Shown: one piece after another, positions 1 through 13,460 of the stretch
How the letters are laid out: the number at the start of each line of letters is the position of its first letter
How positions within the stretch are numbered: the first letter of the stretch is position 1
From: Eledone cirrhosa
Taxonomy: Eukaryota
Assembly: GCA_964016885.1 (NCBI GenBank)
Contig: OZ024741.1
Span: 211,048,001-211,112,000 of the forward strand
Direction: 5' to 3'
DNA length: 64,000 nt
Program-made: the position numbers and the translations under genes
The notes under the pieces: model-generated
What the model saw: the letters and a program-made list of their open reading frames with translations, nothing else
Databases searched by the model: none
What the model was told of the DNA's origin: nothing

Positions 1-166
1 CACTGTCTCAGTCTCAGTCCACTGTCTCAGCCACAGTCCACTGTCTCAGCCTCAGTCCACTGTCTTAGCCTCAGTCCACCTATCTCAGTCTCAGTTCACT
101 GTCTCAGCCACAGTCCACTGTCTCTATCTCGGTCCACCTATCTCAGCCACAGTCCACTGTCTCAGC

Positions 167-3100
167 CACAGTCCACTGTCTCAGCCACAGTCCACTGTCT
201 CAGCTACAGTCCACTGTCTCAGCCACAGTCCACTGTCTCAGCCTCAGTCCACTGTCTCAGCCACAGTCCACTTATCTCAGCCTCAGTCCACTGTCTGAGT
301 CTCAGTCCACCTATCTCAGCCACAGTCCACTTATCTCAGCCACAGTCCACTGTCTCAGCCTCAGTCCACTGTCTCAGCCACAGTCCACTGTCTCAGCCAC
401 AGACCACTTATCTCAGTCTCAGTCCACCTATCTCAGCCACAGTCCACTTATCTCAGTCTCAGTCCACTGTCTCAGCCACAGTCCACTGTCTCATCCTCAG
501 TCCACCTATCTCAGCCACAGTCCACAGTCTCAGCCTCAGTCCACCTACCTCAGCCTCAGTCCACCTATCTCAGCCACAGTCCACGTATCTCAGCCACAGT
601 CCACTGTCTCAGCCACAGTCCACTGTCTCAGCCTCAATACACCTATCTCAGCCACAGTCCACTGTCTCAGCCACAGTCCACTGTCTCAGCCTCAGTCCAC
701 TGTCTCAGCCACAGTCCACCTATCTCAGCCACAGTCCACTGTCTCAGCCACAGTCCACCTATCTCAGCCTCAGTCCACTGTCTCAGTCTCAGTCCACTGT
801 CTCAGCCACAGTCCACTGTCTCAGCCTCAGTCCACCTATCTCAGCCACAGTCCACTTATCTCAGTCTCAGTCCACTGTCTCATCCTCAGTCAACCTATCT
901 CAGCCACAGTCCACTGTCTCAGCCTCAGTCCACTGTCTCAGCCACAGTCCACAGTCTCAGCCTCAGTCCACCTATCTCAGTCTCAGTCCACCTATCTCAG
1001 TCTCAGTCCACCTATCTCAGCTTCAGTCCACCTATCTCAGCCACAGTCCACCTATCTCAGCCTCAGTCCACTGTCTCAGTCTCAGTCCACTGTCTCAGCC
1101 ACAGTCCACTGACTCAGCCACAGTCCACCTATCTCAGCCCCAGTCCACTGTCTCAGTCTCAGTCCACTGTCTCAGCCACAGTCCACCTATCTCAGCCACA
1201 GTCCACCTATCTCAGCCACAGACCACTTATCTCAGTCTCAGTCCACCTATCTCAGTCTCAGTCCACTGTCTCAGCCTCAGTCCACCTATCTCAGTCACAG
1301 TCCACCTATCTCAGCCTCAGTCCACTGTCTCAGCCACAGACCACTTATCTCAGTCTCAGTCCACCTATCTCAGTCTCAGTCCACCTATCTCAGCCTCAGT
1401 CCACCTATCTCAGCCACAGTCCACCTATCTCAGCCACAGTCCACTGTCTCATCCTCAGTCAACCTATCTCAGCCACAGTCCACAGTCTCAGCCTCAGTCC
1501 ACCTATCTCAGCCACAGTCTCACTGTCTCAGCCTCAGTCCACTCTCTCAGCCACAGTCCACTTATGTCAGTCTCAGTCCACTGTCTCAGCCAGAGTCCAC
1601 TGTCTCAGCCTCAGTCCACTGTCTCAGCCACAGTCCACAGTCTCAGCCTCAGTCCACCTATCTCAGTCTCAGTCCACCTATCTCAGTCTCAGTCCACCTA
1701 TCTCAGCTTCAGTCCACCTATCTCAGCCACAGTCCACCTATCTCAGCCTCAGTCCACTGTCTCAGTCTCAGTCCACTCTCTCAGCCACAGTCCACTGTCT
1801 CAGCCACAGTCCACCTATCTCAGCCTCAGTCCACTGTCTCAGTCTCAGTCCACTGTCTCAGCCACAGTCCACCTATCTCAGCCACAGTCCACCTATCTCA
1901 GCCACAGACCACTTATCTCAGTCTCAGTCCACCTATCTCAGTCTCAGTCCACTGTCTCAGCCTCAGTCCACCTATCTCAGTCACAGTCCACCTATCTCAG
2001 TCTCAGTCCACTGTCTCAGCCACAGACCACTTATCTCAGTCTCAGTCCACCTATCTCAGCCTCAGTCCACGTATCTCAGCCACAGTCCACTATCTCAGCC
2101 TCAGTCCACTGTCTCAGTCTCAGTCCACAGTCTCAGCCACAGTCCACTGTCTCAGCCACGGTCCACCTATCTCAGCCACAGTCCACTGTCTCAGCCTCAG
2201 TCCACCTATCTCAGCAACAGTCCACCTATCTCAGCCACAGTCCACTGTCTCAGCCTCAGTCCACCTATCTCAGCCACAGTCCACCTATCTCAGCCACAGT
2301 CCACTGTCTCAGCCACAGTCCATTGTCTCAGCCTCAGTCCACTGTCTCAGCCTCAGTACACCTATCTCAGCCACAGTCCACCTATCTCAGCCACAGTCCA
2401 CTGTCTCAGCCACAGTCCACTGTCTCAGCCTCAGTCCACTGTCTCAGCCTCAGTCCACCTATCTCAGCAACAGTCCACTGTCTCAGCCACAGTCCACTGT
2501 CTCAGCCTCAGTTCACTGTCTCAGCGACAGTCCACTGTCTCAGCTACAGTCCACTGTCTGAGCCACAGTCCATTGTCTCAGCCTCAGTCCACTGTCTCAG
2601 CCTCAGTACACCTATCTCAGCCACAGTCCACTGTCTCAGCCTCAGTCCACCTATCTCAGCCACAGTCCACCTATCTCAGCCACAGTCCACTGTCTCAGCC
2701 ACAGTCCATTGTCTCAGCCTCAGTCCACTGTCTCATCCTCACTACACCTATCTCAGCCACAGTCCACTGTCTCAGCCTCAGTCCACCTATCTCAGCCACA
2801 GTCCACCTATCTCAGCCACAGTCCACTGTCTCAGCCACAGTCCATTGTCTCAGCCTCAGTCCACCGTCTCAGCCTCAGTACACCTATCTCAGCCACAGTC
2901 CACTGTCTCAGCCACAATCCACCTATCTCAGCCAGAGTCCACCGTCTCAGCCACAGTCCACTGTCTCAGCCACAGTCCACTGTCTCAGTCTCAGTCCACT
3001 GTCTCAGCCTCAGTCCACCTATCTCAGTCTCAGTCCACTGTCTCTGCCTCAGTCCACCTATCTCAGTCACAGTCCACTGTCTCAGCCACAGTCCACTGTC

Positions 3101-6100
3101 TCAGCCACAGTCCACCTATCTCAGCCACAGTCCACCTATCTCAGCCACAGTCCACTTATCTCAGTCTCAGTCCACTGTCTCAGCCACAGTCCACTGTCTC
3201 AGTCTCAGTCCACTGTCTCAGCCTCAGTCCACTGTCTCAGCCTCAGTCCACTGTCTTAGCCTCAGTCCACCTATCTCAGTCTCAGTCCACTGTCTCAGCC
3301 ACAGTCCACTGTCTCTATCTCGGTCCACCTATCTCAGCCACAGTCCACTGTCTCAGCCACAGTCCACTGTCTCAGCCACAGTCCACTGTCTCAGCTACAG
3401 TCCACTGTCTCAGCCACAGTCCACTGTCTCAGCCTCAGTCCACTGTCTCAGCCACAGTCCACTTATCTCAGCCTCAGTCCACTGTCTCAGTCTCAGTCCA
3501 CCTATCTCAGCCACAGTCCACTTATCTCAGCCACAGTCCACTGTCTCAGCCTCAGTCCACTGTCTCAGCCTCAGTCCACCTATCTCAGCCACAGTCCACT
3601 GTCTCAGCCACAGACCACTTATCTCAGTCTCAGTCCACCTATCTCAGCCACAGTCCACTTATCTCAGTCTCAGTCCACTGTCTCAGCCACAGTCCACTGT
3701 CTCATCCTCAGTCCACCTATCTCAGCCACAGTCCACAGTCTCAGCCTCAGTCCACCTACCTCAGCCTCAGTCCACCTATCTCAGCCACAGTCCACGTATC
3801 TCAGCCACAGTCCACTGTCTCAGCCTCAGTCCACTGTCTCAGCCACAGTCCACTGTCTCAGCCTCAATACACCTATCTCAGCCACAGTCCACTGTCTCAG
3901 CCACAGTCCACTGTCTCAGCCTCAGTCCACTGTCTCAGCCACAGTCCACCTATCTCAGCCACAGTCCACTGTCTCAGCCACAGTCCACCTATCTCAGCCT
4001 CAGTCCACTGTCTCAGGCTCAGTCCACTGTCTCAGCCACAGTCCACCTATCTCAGCCACAGTCCACCTATCTCAGCCACAGACCACTTATCTCAGTCACA
4101 GTCAACCTATCTCAGTCTCAGTCCACTGTCTCAGCCTCAGTCCACCTATCTCAGTCACAGTCCACCTATCTCAGTCTCAGTCCACTGTCTCAGCCACAGA
4201 CCACTTATCTCAGTCTCAGTCCACCTATCTCAGTCTCAGTCCACCTATCTCAGCCTCAGTCCACCTATCTCAGCCACAGTCCACCTATCTCAGCCACAGT
4301 CCACTGTCTCATCCTCAGTCAACCTATCTCAGCCACAGTCCACAGTCTCAGCCTCAGTCCACCTATCTCAGCCACAGTCTCACTGTCTCAGCCTCAGTCC
4401 ACTCTCTCAGCCACAGTCCACTTATCTCAGTCTCAGTCCACTGTCTCAGCCACAGTCCACTGTCTCAGCCTCAGTCCACCTATCTCAGCCACAGTCCACT
4501 GTCTAAGCCTCAGTCCACTGTCTCAGCCACAGTCCACCTATCTCAGTCTCAGTCCACCTATCTCAGTCTCAGTCCACCTATCTCAGCTTCAGTCCACCTA
4601 TCTCAGCCACAGTCCACCTATCTCAGCCTCAGTCCACTGTCTCAGTCTCAGTCCACTGTCTCAGCCACAGTCCACTGTCTCAGCCACAGTCCACCTATCT
4701 CAGCCACAGTCCACCTATCTCAGCCACAGACCACTTATCTCAGTCTCAGTCCACCTATCTCAGTCTCAGTCCACTGTCTCAGCCTCAGTCCACCTATCTC
4801 AGTCACAGTCCACCTATCTCAGTCTCAGTCCACTGTCTCAGCCACAGACCACTTATCTCAGTCTCAGTCCACCTATCTCAGTCTCAGTCCACCTATCTCA
4901 GCCTCAGTCCACCTATCTCAGCCACACCACAGTCCACCTATCTCAGCCACAGTCCACTGTCTCATCCTCAGTCAACCTATCTCAGCCACAGTCCACAGTC
5001 TCAGCCTCAGTCCACCTATCTCAGCCACAGTCTCACTGTCTCAGCCTCAGTCCACTCTCTCAGCCACAGTCCACTTATCTCAGTCTCAGTCCACTGTCTC
5101 AGCCACAGTCCACTGTCTCAGCCTCAGTCCACTGTCTCAGCCACGGTCCACAGTCTCAGCCTCAGTCCACCTATCTCAGTCTCAGTCCACCTATCTCAGT
5201 CTCAGTCCACCTATCTCAGCTTCAGTCCACCTATCTCAGCCACAGTCCACCTATCTCAGCCACAGTCCACTGTCTCAGCCACAGTCCACTGTCTCAGCTA
5301 CAGTCCACTGTCTCAGCCACAGTCCACTGTCTCAGCCTCAGTCCACTGTCTCAGCCACAGTCCACTTATCTCAGCCTCAGTCCACTGTCTGAGTCTCAGT
5401 CCACCTATCTCAGCCACAGTCCACTTATCTCAGCCACAGTCCACTGTCTCAGCCTCAGTCCACTGTCTCAGCCACAGTCCACTGTCTCAGCCACAGACCA
5501 CTTATCTCAGTCTCAGTCCACCTATCTCAGCCACAGTCCACTTATCTCAGTCTCAGTCCACTGTCTCAGCCACAGTCCACTGTCTCATCCTCAGTCCACC
5601 TATCTCAGCCACAGTCCACAGTCTCAGCCTCAGTCCACCTACCTCAGCCTCAGTCCACCTATCTCAGCCACAGTCCACGTATCTCAGCCACAGTCCACTG
5701 TCTCAGCCACAGTCCACTGTCTCAGCCTCAATACACCTATCTCAGCCACAGTCCACTGTCTCAGCCACAGTCCACTGTCTCAGCCTCAGTCCACTGTCTC
5801 AGCCACAGTCCACCTATCTCAGCCACAGTCCACTGTCTCAGCCACAGTCCACCTATCTCAGCCTCAGTCCACTGTCTCAGTCTCAGTCCACTGTCTCAGC
5901 CACAGTCCACTGTCTCAGCCTCAGTCCACCTATCTCAGCCACAGTCCACTTATCTCAGTCTCAGTCCACTGTCTCATCCTCAGTCAACCTATCTCAGCCA
6001 CAGTCCACTGTCTCAGCCTCAGTCCACTGTCTCAGCCACAGTCCACAGTCTCAGCCTCAGTCCACCTATCTCAGTCTCAGTCCACCTATCTCAGTCTCAG

Positions 6101-9100
6101 TCCACCTATCTCAGCTTCAGTCCACCTATCTCAGCCACAGTCCACCTATCTCAGCCTCAGTCCACTGTCTCAGTCTCAGTCCACTGTCTCAGCCACAGTC
6201 CACTGACTCAGCCACAGTCCACCTATCTCAGCCCCAGTCCACTGTCTCAGTCTCAGTCCACTGTCTCAGCCACAGTCCACCTATCTCAGCCACAGTCCAC
6301 CTATCTCAGCCTCAGTCCACCTATCTCAGTCACAGTCCACCTATCTCAGCCTCAGTCCACTGTCTCAGCCACAGACCACTTATCTCAGTCTCAGTCCACC
6401 TATCTCAGTCTCAGTCCACCTATCTCAGCCTCAGTCCACCTATCTCAGCCACAGTCCACCTATCTCAGCCACAGTCCACTGTCTCATCCTCAGTCAACCT
6501 ATCTCAGCCACAGTCCACAGTCTCAGCCTCAGTCCACCTATCTCAGCCACAGTCTCACTGTCTCAGCCTCAGTCCACTCTCTCAGCCACAGTCCACTTAT
6601 GTCAGTCTCAGTCCACTGTCTCAGCCAGAGTCCACTGTCTCAGCCTCAGTCCACTGTCTCAGCCACAGTCCACAGTCTCAGCCTCAGTCCACCTATCTCA
6701 GTCTCAGTCCACCTATCTCAGTCTCAGTCCACCTATCTCAGCTTCAGTCCACCTATCTCAGCCACAGTCCACCTATCTCAGCCTCAGTCCACTGTCTCAG
6801 TCTCAGTCCACTCTCTCAGCCACAGTCCACTGTCTCAGCCACAGTCCACCTATCTCAGCCTCAGTCCACTGTCTCAGTCTCAGTCCACTGTCTCAGCCAC
6901 AGTCCACCTATCTCAGCCACAGTCCACCTATCTCAGCCACAGACCACTTATCTCAGTCTCAGTCCACCTATCTCAGTCTCAGTCCACTGTCTCAGCCTCA
7001 GTCCACCTATCTCAGTCACAGTCCACCTATCTCAGTCTCAGTCCACTGTCTCAGCCACAGACCACTTATCTCAGTCTCAGTCCACCTATCTCAGCCTCAG
7101 TCCACGTATCTCAGCCACAGTCCACTATCTCAGCCTCAGTCCACTGTCTCAGTCTCAGTCCACAGTCTCAGCCACAGTCCACTGTCTCAGCCACGGTCCA
7201 CCTATCTCAGCCACAGTCCACTGTCTCAGCCTCAGTCCACCTATCTCAGCAACAGTCCACCTATCTCAGCCACAGTCCACTGTCTCAGCCTCAGTCCACC
7301 TATCTCAGCCACAGTCCACCTATCTCAGCCACAGTCCACTGTCTCAGCCACAGTCCATTGTCTCAGCCTCAGTCCACTGTCTCAGCCTCAGTACACCTAT
7401 CTCAGCCACAGTCCACCTATCTCAGCCACAGTCCACTGTCTCAGCCACAGTCCACTGTCTCAGCCTCAGTCCACTGTCTCAGCCTCAGTCCACCTATCTC
7501 AGCAACAGTCCACTGTCTCAGCCACAGTCCACTGTCTCAGCCTCAGTTCACTGTCTCAGCGACAGTCCACTGTCTCAGCTACAGTCCACTGTCTGAGCCA
7601 CAGTCCATTGTCTCAGCCTCAGTCCACTGTCTCAGCCTCAGTACACCTATCTCAGCCACAGTCCACTGTCTCAGCCTCAGTCCACCTATCTCAGCCACAG
7701 TCCACCTATCTCAGCCACAGTCCACTGTCTCAGCCACAGTCCATTGTCTCAGCCTCAGTCCACTGTCTCATCCTCACTACACCTATCTCAGCCACAGTCC
7801 ACTGTCTCAGCCTCAGTCCACCTATCTCAGCCACAGTCCACCTATCTCAGCCACAGTCCACTGTCTCAGCCACAGTCCATTGTCTCAGCCTCAGTCCACC
7901 GTCTCAGCCTCAGTACACCTATCTCAGCCACAGTCCACTGTCTCAGCCACAATCCACCTATCTCAGCCAGAGTCCACCGTCTCAGCCACAGTCCACTGTC
8001 TCAGCCACAGTCCACTGTCTCAGTCTCAGTCCACTGTCTCAGCCTCAGTCCACCTATCTCAGTCTCAGTCCACTGTCTCTGCCTCAGTCCACCTATCTCA
8101 GTCACAGTCCACTGTCTCAGCCACAGTCCACTGTCTCAGCCACAGTCCACCTATCTCAGCCACAGTCCACCTATCTCAGCCACAGTCCACTTATCTCAGT
8201 CTCAGTCCACTGTCTCAGCCACAGTCCACTGTCTCAGTCTCAGTCCACTGTCTCAGCCTCAGTCCACTGTCTCAGCCTCAGTCCACTGTCTTAGCCTCAG
8301 TCCACCTATCTCAGTCTCAGTCCACTGTCTCAGCCACAGTCCACTGTCTCTATCTCGGTCCACCTATCTCAGCCACAGTCCACTGTCTCAGCCACAGTCC
8401 ACTGTCTCAGCCACAGTCCACTGTCTCAGCTACAGTCCACTGTCTCAGCCACAGTCCACTGTCTCAGCCTCAGTCCACTGTCTCAGCCACAGTCCACTTA
8501 TCTCAGCCTCAGTCCACTGTCTCAGTCTCAGTCCACCTATCTCAGCCACAGTCCACTTATCTCAGCCACAGTCCACTGTCTCAGCCTCAGTCCACTGTCT
8601 CAGCCTCAGTCCACCTATCTCAGCCACAGTCCACTGTCTCAGCCACAGACCACTTATCTCAGTCTCAGTCCACCTATCTCAGCCACAGTCCACTTATCTC
8701 AGTCTCAGTCCACTGTCTCAGCCACAGTCCACTGTCTCATCCTCAGTCCACCTATCTCAGCCACAGTCCACAGTCTCAGCCTCAGTCCACCTACCTCAGC
8801 CTCAGTCCACCTATCTCAGCCACAGTCCACGTATCTCAGCCACAGTCCACTGTCTCAGCCTCAGTCCACTGTCTCAGCCACAGTCCACTGTCTCAGCCTC
8901 AATACACCTATCTCAGCCACAGTCCACTGTCTCAGCCACAGTCCACTGTCTCAGCCTCAGTCCACTGTCTCAGCCACAGTCCACCTATCTCAGCCACAGT
9001 CCACTGTCTCAGCCACAGTCCACCTATCTCAGCCTCAGTCCACTGTCTCAGGCTCAGTCCACTGTCTCAGCCACAGTCCACCTATCTCAGCCACAGTCCA

Positions 9101-10295
9101 CCTATCTCAGCCACAGACCACTTATCTCAGTCACAGTCAACCTATCTCAGTCTCAGTCCACTGTCTCAGCCTCAGTCCACCTATCTCAGTCACAGTCCAC
9201 CTATCTCAGTCTCAGTCCACTGTCTCAGCCACAGACCACTTATCTCAGTCTCAGTCCACCTATCTCAGTCTCAGTCCACCTATCTCAGCCTCAGTCCACC
9301 TATCTCAGCCACAGTCCACCTATCTCAGCCACAGTCCACTGTCTCATCCTCAGTCAACCTATCTCAGCCACAGTCCACAGTCTCAGCCTCAGTCCACCTA
9401 TCTCAGCCACAGTCTCACTGTCTCAGCCTCAGTCCACTCTCTCAGCCACAGTCCACTTATCTCAGTCTCAGTCCACTGTCTCAGCCACAGTCCACTGTCT
9501 CAGCCTCAGTCCACCTATCTCAGCCACAGTCCACTGTCTCAGCCTCAGTCCACTGTCTCAGCCACAGTCCACCTATCTCAGTCTCAGTCCACCTATCTCA
9601 GTCTCAGTCCACCTATCTCAGCTTCAGTCCACCTATCTCAGCCACAGTCCACCTATCTCAGCCTCAGTCCACTGTCTCAGTCTCAGTCCACTGTCTCAGC
9701 CACAGTCCACTGTCTCAGCCACAGTCCACCTATCTCAGCCACAGTCCACCTATCTCAGCCACAGACCACTTATCTCAGTCTCAGTCCACCTATCTCAGTC
9801 TCAGTCCACTGTCTCAGCCTCAGTCCACCTATCTCAGTCACAGTCCACCTATCTCAGTCTCAGTCCACTGTCTCAGCCACAGACCACTTATCTCAGTCTC
9901 AGTCCACCTATCTCAGTCTCAGTCCACCTATCTCAGCCTCAGTCCACCTATCTCAGCCACACCACAGTCCACCTATCTCAGCCACAGTCCACTGTCTCAT
10001 CCTCAGTCAACCTATCTCAGCCACAGTCCACAGTCTCAGCCTCAGTCCACCTATCTCAGCCACAGTCTCACTGTCTCAGCCTCAGTCCACTCTCTCAGCC
10101 ACAGTCCACTTATCTCAGTCTCAGTCCACTGTCTCAGCCACAGTCCACTGTCTCAGCCTCAGTCCACTGTCTCAGCCACGGTCCACAGTCTCAGCCTCAG
10201 TCCACCTATCTCAGTCTCAGTCCACCTATCTCAGTCTCAGTCCACCTATCTCAGCTTCAGTCCACCTATCTCAGCCACAGTCCACCTATCTCAGC
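167..10295. repeat. Higher-order tandem duplication, two copies of ~5.1 kb (~167-5260 and ~5261-10295)
   Basis: ORF starts 1564/6599, 2573/7608 and 2709/7744, and markers 3312/8347 and 4921/9956, are all offset 5035. Upstream markers TCTGAG 294/5388 and TGACTC 1110/6204 are offset 5094, explained by a 59-bp (3-monomer) deletion in copy 2 near 6310. Confidence 0.9.
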
Positions 10296-13200
10296 CTCAG
10301 TCCACTGTCTCAGTCTCAGTCCACTGTCTCAGCCACAGTCCACTGTCTCAGCCTCAGTCCACTGTCTTAGCCTCAGTCCACCTATCTCAGTCTCAGTTCA
10401 CTGTCTCAGCCACAGTCCACTGTCTCTATCTCGGTCCACCTATCTCAGCCACAGTCCACTGTCTCAGCCACAGTCCACTGTCTCAGCCACAGTCCACTGT
10501 CTCAGCTACAGTCCACTGTCTCAGCCACAGTCCACTGTCTCAGCCTCAGTCCACTGTCTCAGCCACAGTCCACTTATCTCAGCCTCAGTCCACTGTCTCA
10601 GTCTCAGTCCACCTATCTCAGCCACAGTCCACTTATTTCAGCCACAGTCCACTGTCTCAGCCTCAGTCCACTGTCTCAGCCACAGTCCACTGTCTCAGCC
10701 ACAGACCACTTATCTCAGTCTCAGTCCACCTATCTCAGCCACAGTCCACTTATCTCAGTCTCAGTCCACTGTCTCAGCCACAGTCCACTGTCTCATCCTC
10801 AGTCCACCTATCTCAGCCACAGTCCACAGTCTCAGCCTCAGTCCACCTACCTCAGCCTCAGTCCACCTATCTCAGCCACAGTCCACGTATCTCAGCCACA
10901 GTCCACTGTCTCAGCCACAGTCCACTGTCTCAGCCTCAATACACCTATCTCAGCCACAGTCCACTGTCTCAGCCACAGTCCACTGTCTCAGCCTCAGTCC
11001 ACTGTCTCAGCCACAGTCCACCTATCTCAGCCACAGTCCACTGTCTCAGCCACAGTCCACCTATCTCAGCCTCAGTCCACTGTCTCAGTCTCAGTCCACT
11101 GTCTCAGCCACAGTCCACTGTCTCAGCCTCAGTCCACCTATCTCAGCCTCAGTCCACTTATCTCAGTCTCAGTCCACTGTCTCATCCTCAGTCAACCTAT
11201 CTCAGCCACAGTCCACTGTCTCAGCCTCAGTCCACTGTCTCAGCCACAGTCCACAGTCTCAGCCTCAGTCCACCTATCTCAGTCTCAGTCCACCTATCTC
11301 AGTCTCAGTCCACCTATCTCAGCTTCAGTCCACCTATCTCAGCCACAGTCCACCTATCTCAGCCTCAGTCCACTGTCTCAGTCTCAGTCCACTGTCTCAG
11401 CCACAGTCCACTGACTCAGCCACAGTCCACCTATCTCAGCCCCAGTCCACTGTCTCAGTCTCAGTCCACTGTCTCAGCCACAGTCCACCTATCTCAGCCA
11501 CAGTCCACCTATCTCAGCCACAGACCACTTATCTCAGTCTCAGTCCACCTATCTCAGTCTCAGTCCACTGTCTCAGCCTCAGTCCACCTATCTCAGTCAC
11601 AGTCCACCTATCTCAGTCTCAGTCCACTGTCTCAGCCACAGACCACTTATCTCAGTCTCAGTCCACCTATCTCAGTCTCAGTCCACCTATCTCAGCCTCA
11701 GTCCACCTATCTCAGCCACAGTCCACTGTCTCATCCTCAGTCAACCTATCTCAGCCACAGTCCACAGTCTCAGCCTCAGTCCACCTATCTCAGCCACAGT
11801 CTCACTGTCTCAGCCTCAGTCCACTCTCTCAGCCACAGTCCACTTATCTCAGTCTCAGTCCACTGTCTCAGCCACAGTCCACTGTCTCAGCCTCAGTCCA
11901 CTGTCTCAGCCACGGTCCACAGTCTCAGCCTCAGTCCACCTATCTCAGTCTCAGTCCACCTATCTCAGTCTCAGTCCACCTATCTCAGCTTCAGTCCACC
12001 TATCTCAGCCACAGTCCACCTATCTCAGCCTCAGTCCACTGTCTCAGTCTCAGTCCACTGTCTCAGCCACAGTCCACTGTCTCAGCCTCAGTCCACTGTC
12101 TTAGCCTCAGTCCACCTATCTCAGTCTCAGTTCACTGTCTCAGCCACAGTCCACTGTCTCTATCTCGGTCCACCTATCTCAGCCACAGTCCACTGTCTCA
12201 GCCACAGTCCACTGTCTCAGCCACAGTCCACTGTCTCAGCTACAGTCCACTGTCTCAGCCACAGTCCACTGTCTCAGCCTCAGTCCACTGTCTCAGCCAC
12301 AGTCCACTTATCTCAGCCTCAGTCCACTGTCTGAGTCTCAGTCCACCTATCTCAGCCACAGTCCACTTATCTCAGCCACAGTCCACTGTCTCAGCCTCAG
12401 TCCACTGTCTCAGCCACAGTCCACTGTCTCAGCCACAGACCACTTATCTCAGTCTCAGTCCACCTATCTCAGCCACAGTCCACTTATCTCAGTCTCAGTC
12501 CACTGTCTCAGCCACAGTCCACTGTCTCATCCTCAGTCCACCTATCTCAGCCACAGTCCACAGTCTCAGCCTCAGTCCACCTACCTCAGCCTCAGTCCAC
12601 CTATCTCAGCCACAGTCCACGTATCTCAGCCACAGTCCACTGTCTCAGCCACAGTCCACTGTCTCAGCCTCAATACACCTATCTCAGCCACAGTCCACTG
12701 TCTCAGCCACAGTCCACTGTCTCAGCCTCAGTCCACTGTCTCAGCCACAGTCCAGCTATCTCAGCCACAGTCCACTGTCTCAGCCACAGTCCACCTATCT
12801 CAGCCTCAGTCCACTGTCTCAGTCTCAGTCCACTGTCTCAGCCACAGTCCACTGTCTCAGCCTCAGTCCACCTATCTCAGCCACAGTCCACTTATCTCAG
12901 TCTCAGTCCACTGTCTCATCCTCAGTCAACCTATCTCAGCCACAGTCCACTGTCTCAGCCTCAGTCCACTGTCTCAGCCACAGTCCACAGTCTCAGCCTC
13001 AGTCCACCTATCTCAGTCTCAGTCCACCTATCTCAGTCTCAGTCCACCTATCTCAGCTTCAGTCCACCTATCTCAGCCACAGTCCACCTATCTCAGCCTC
13101 AGTCCACTGTCTCAGTCTCAGTCCACTGTCTCAGCCACAGTCCACTGACTCAGCCACAGTCCACCTATCTCAGCCCCAGTCCACTGTCTCAGTCTCAGTC

Positions 13201-13460
13201 CACTGTCTCAGCCACAGTCCACCTATCTCAGCCACAGTCCACCTATCTCAGCCACAGACCACTTATCTCAGTCTCAGTCCACCTATCTCAGTCTCAGTCC
13301 ACTGTCTCAGCCTCAGTCCACCTATCTCAGTCACAGTCCACCTATCTCAGCCTCAGTCCACTGTCTCAGCCACAGACCACTTATCTCAGTCTCAGTCCAC
13401 CTATCTCAGTCTCAGTCCACCTATCTCAGCCTCAGTCCACCTATCTCAGCCACAGTCCAC
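9965..13460. repeat. Higher-order tandem duplication, period 1734 bp
   Basis: TCTCTATCTCGG at 10423/12157 and TGACTCAG at 11412/13146, both offset 1734. Confidence 0.85.

Noticed and set aside
32-45. RAG recombination signal heptamer-like pair CACAGTC / CACTGTC
   Set aside because: Each has one mismatch to CACAGTG / CACTGTG, but there is no ACAAAAACC nonamer, no A-tract anywhere and no V/J segments.
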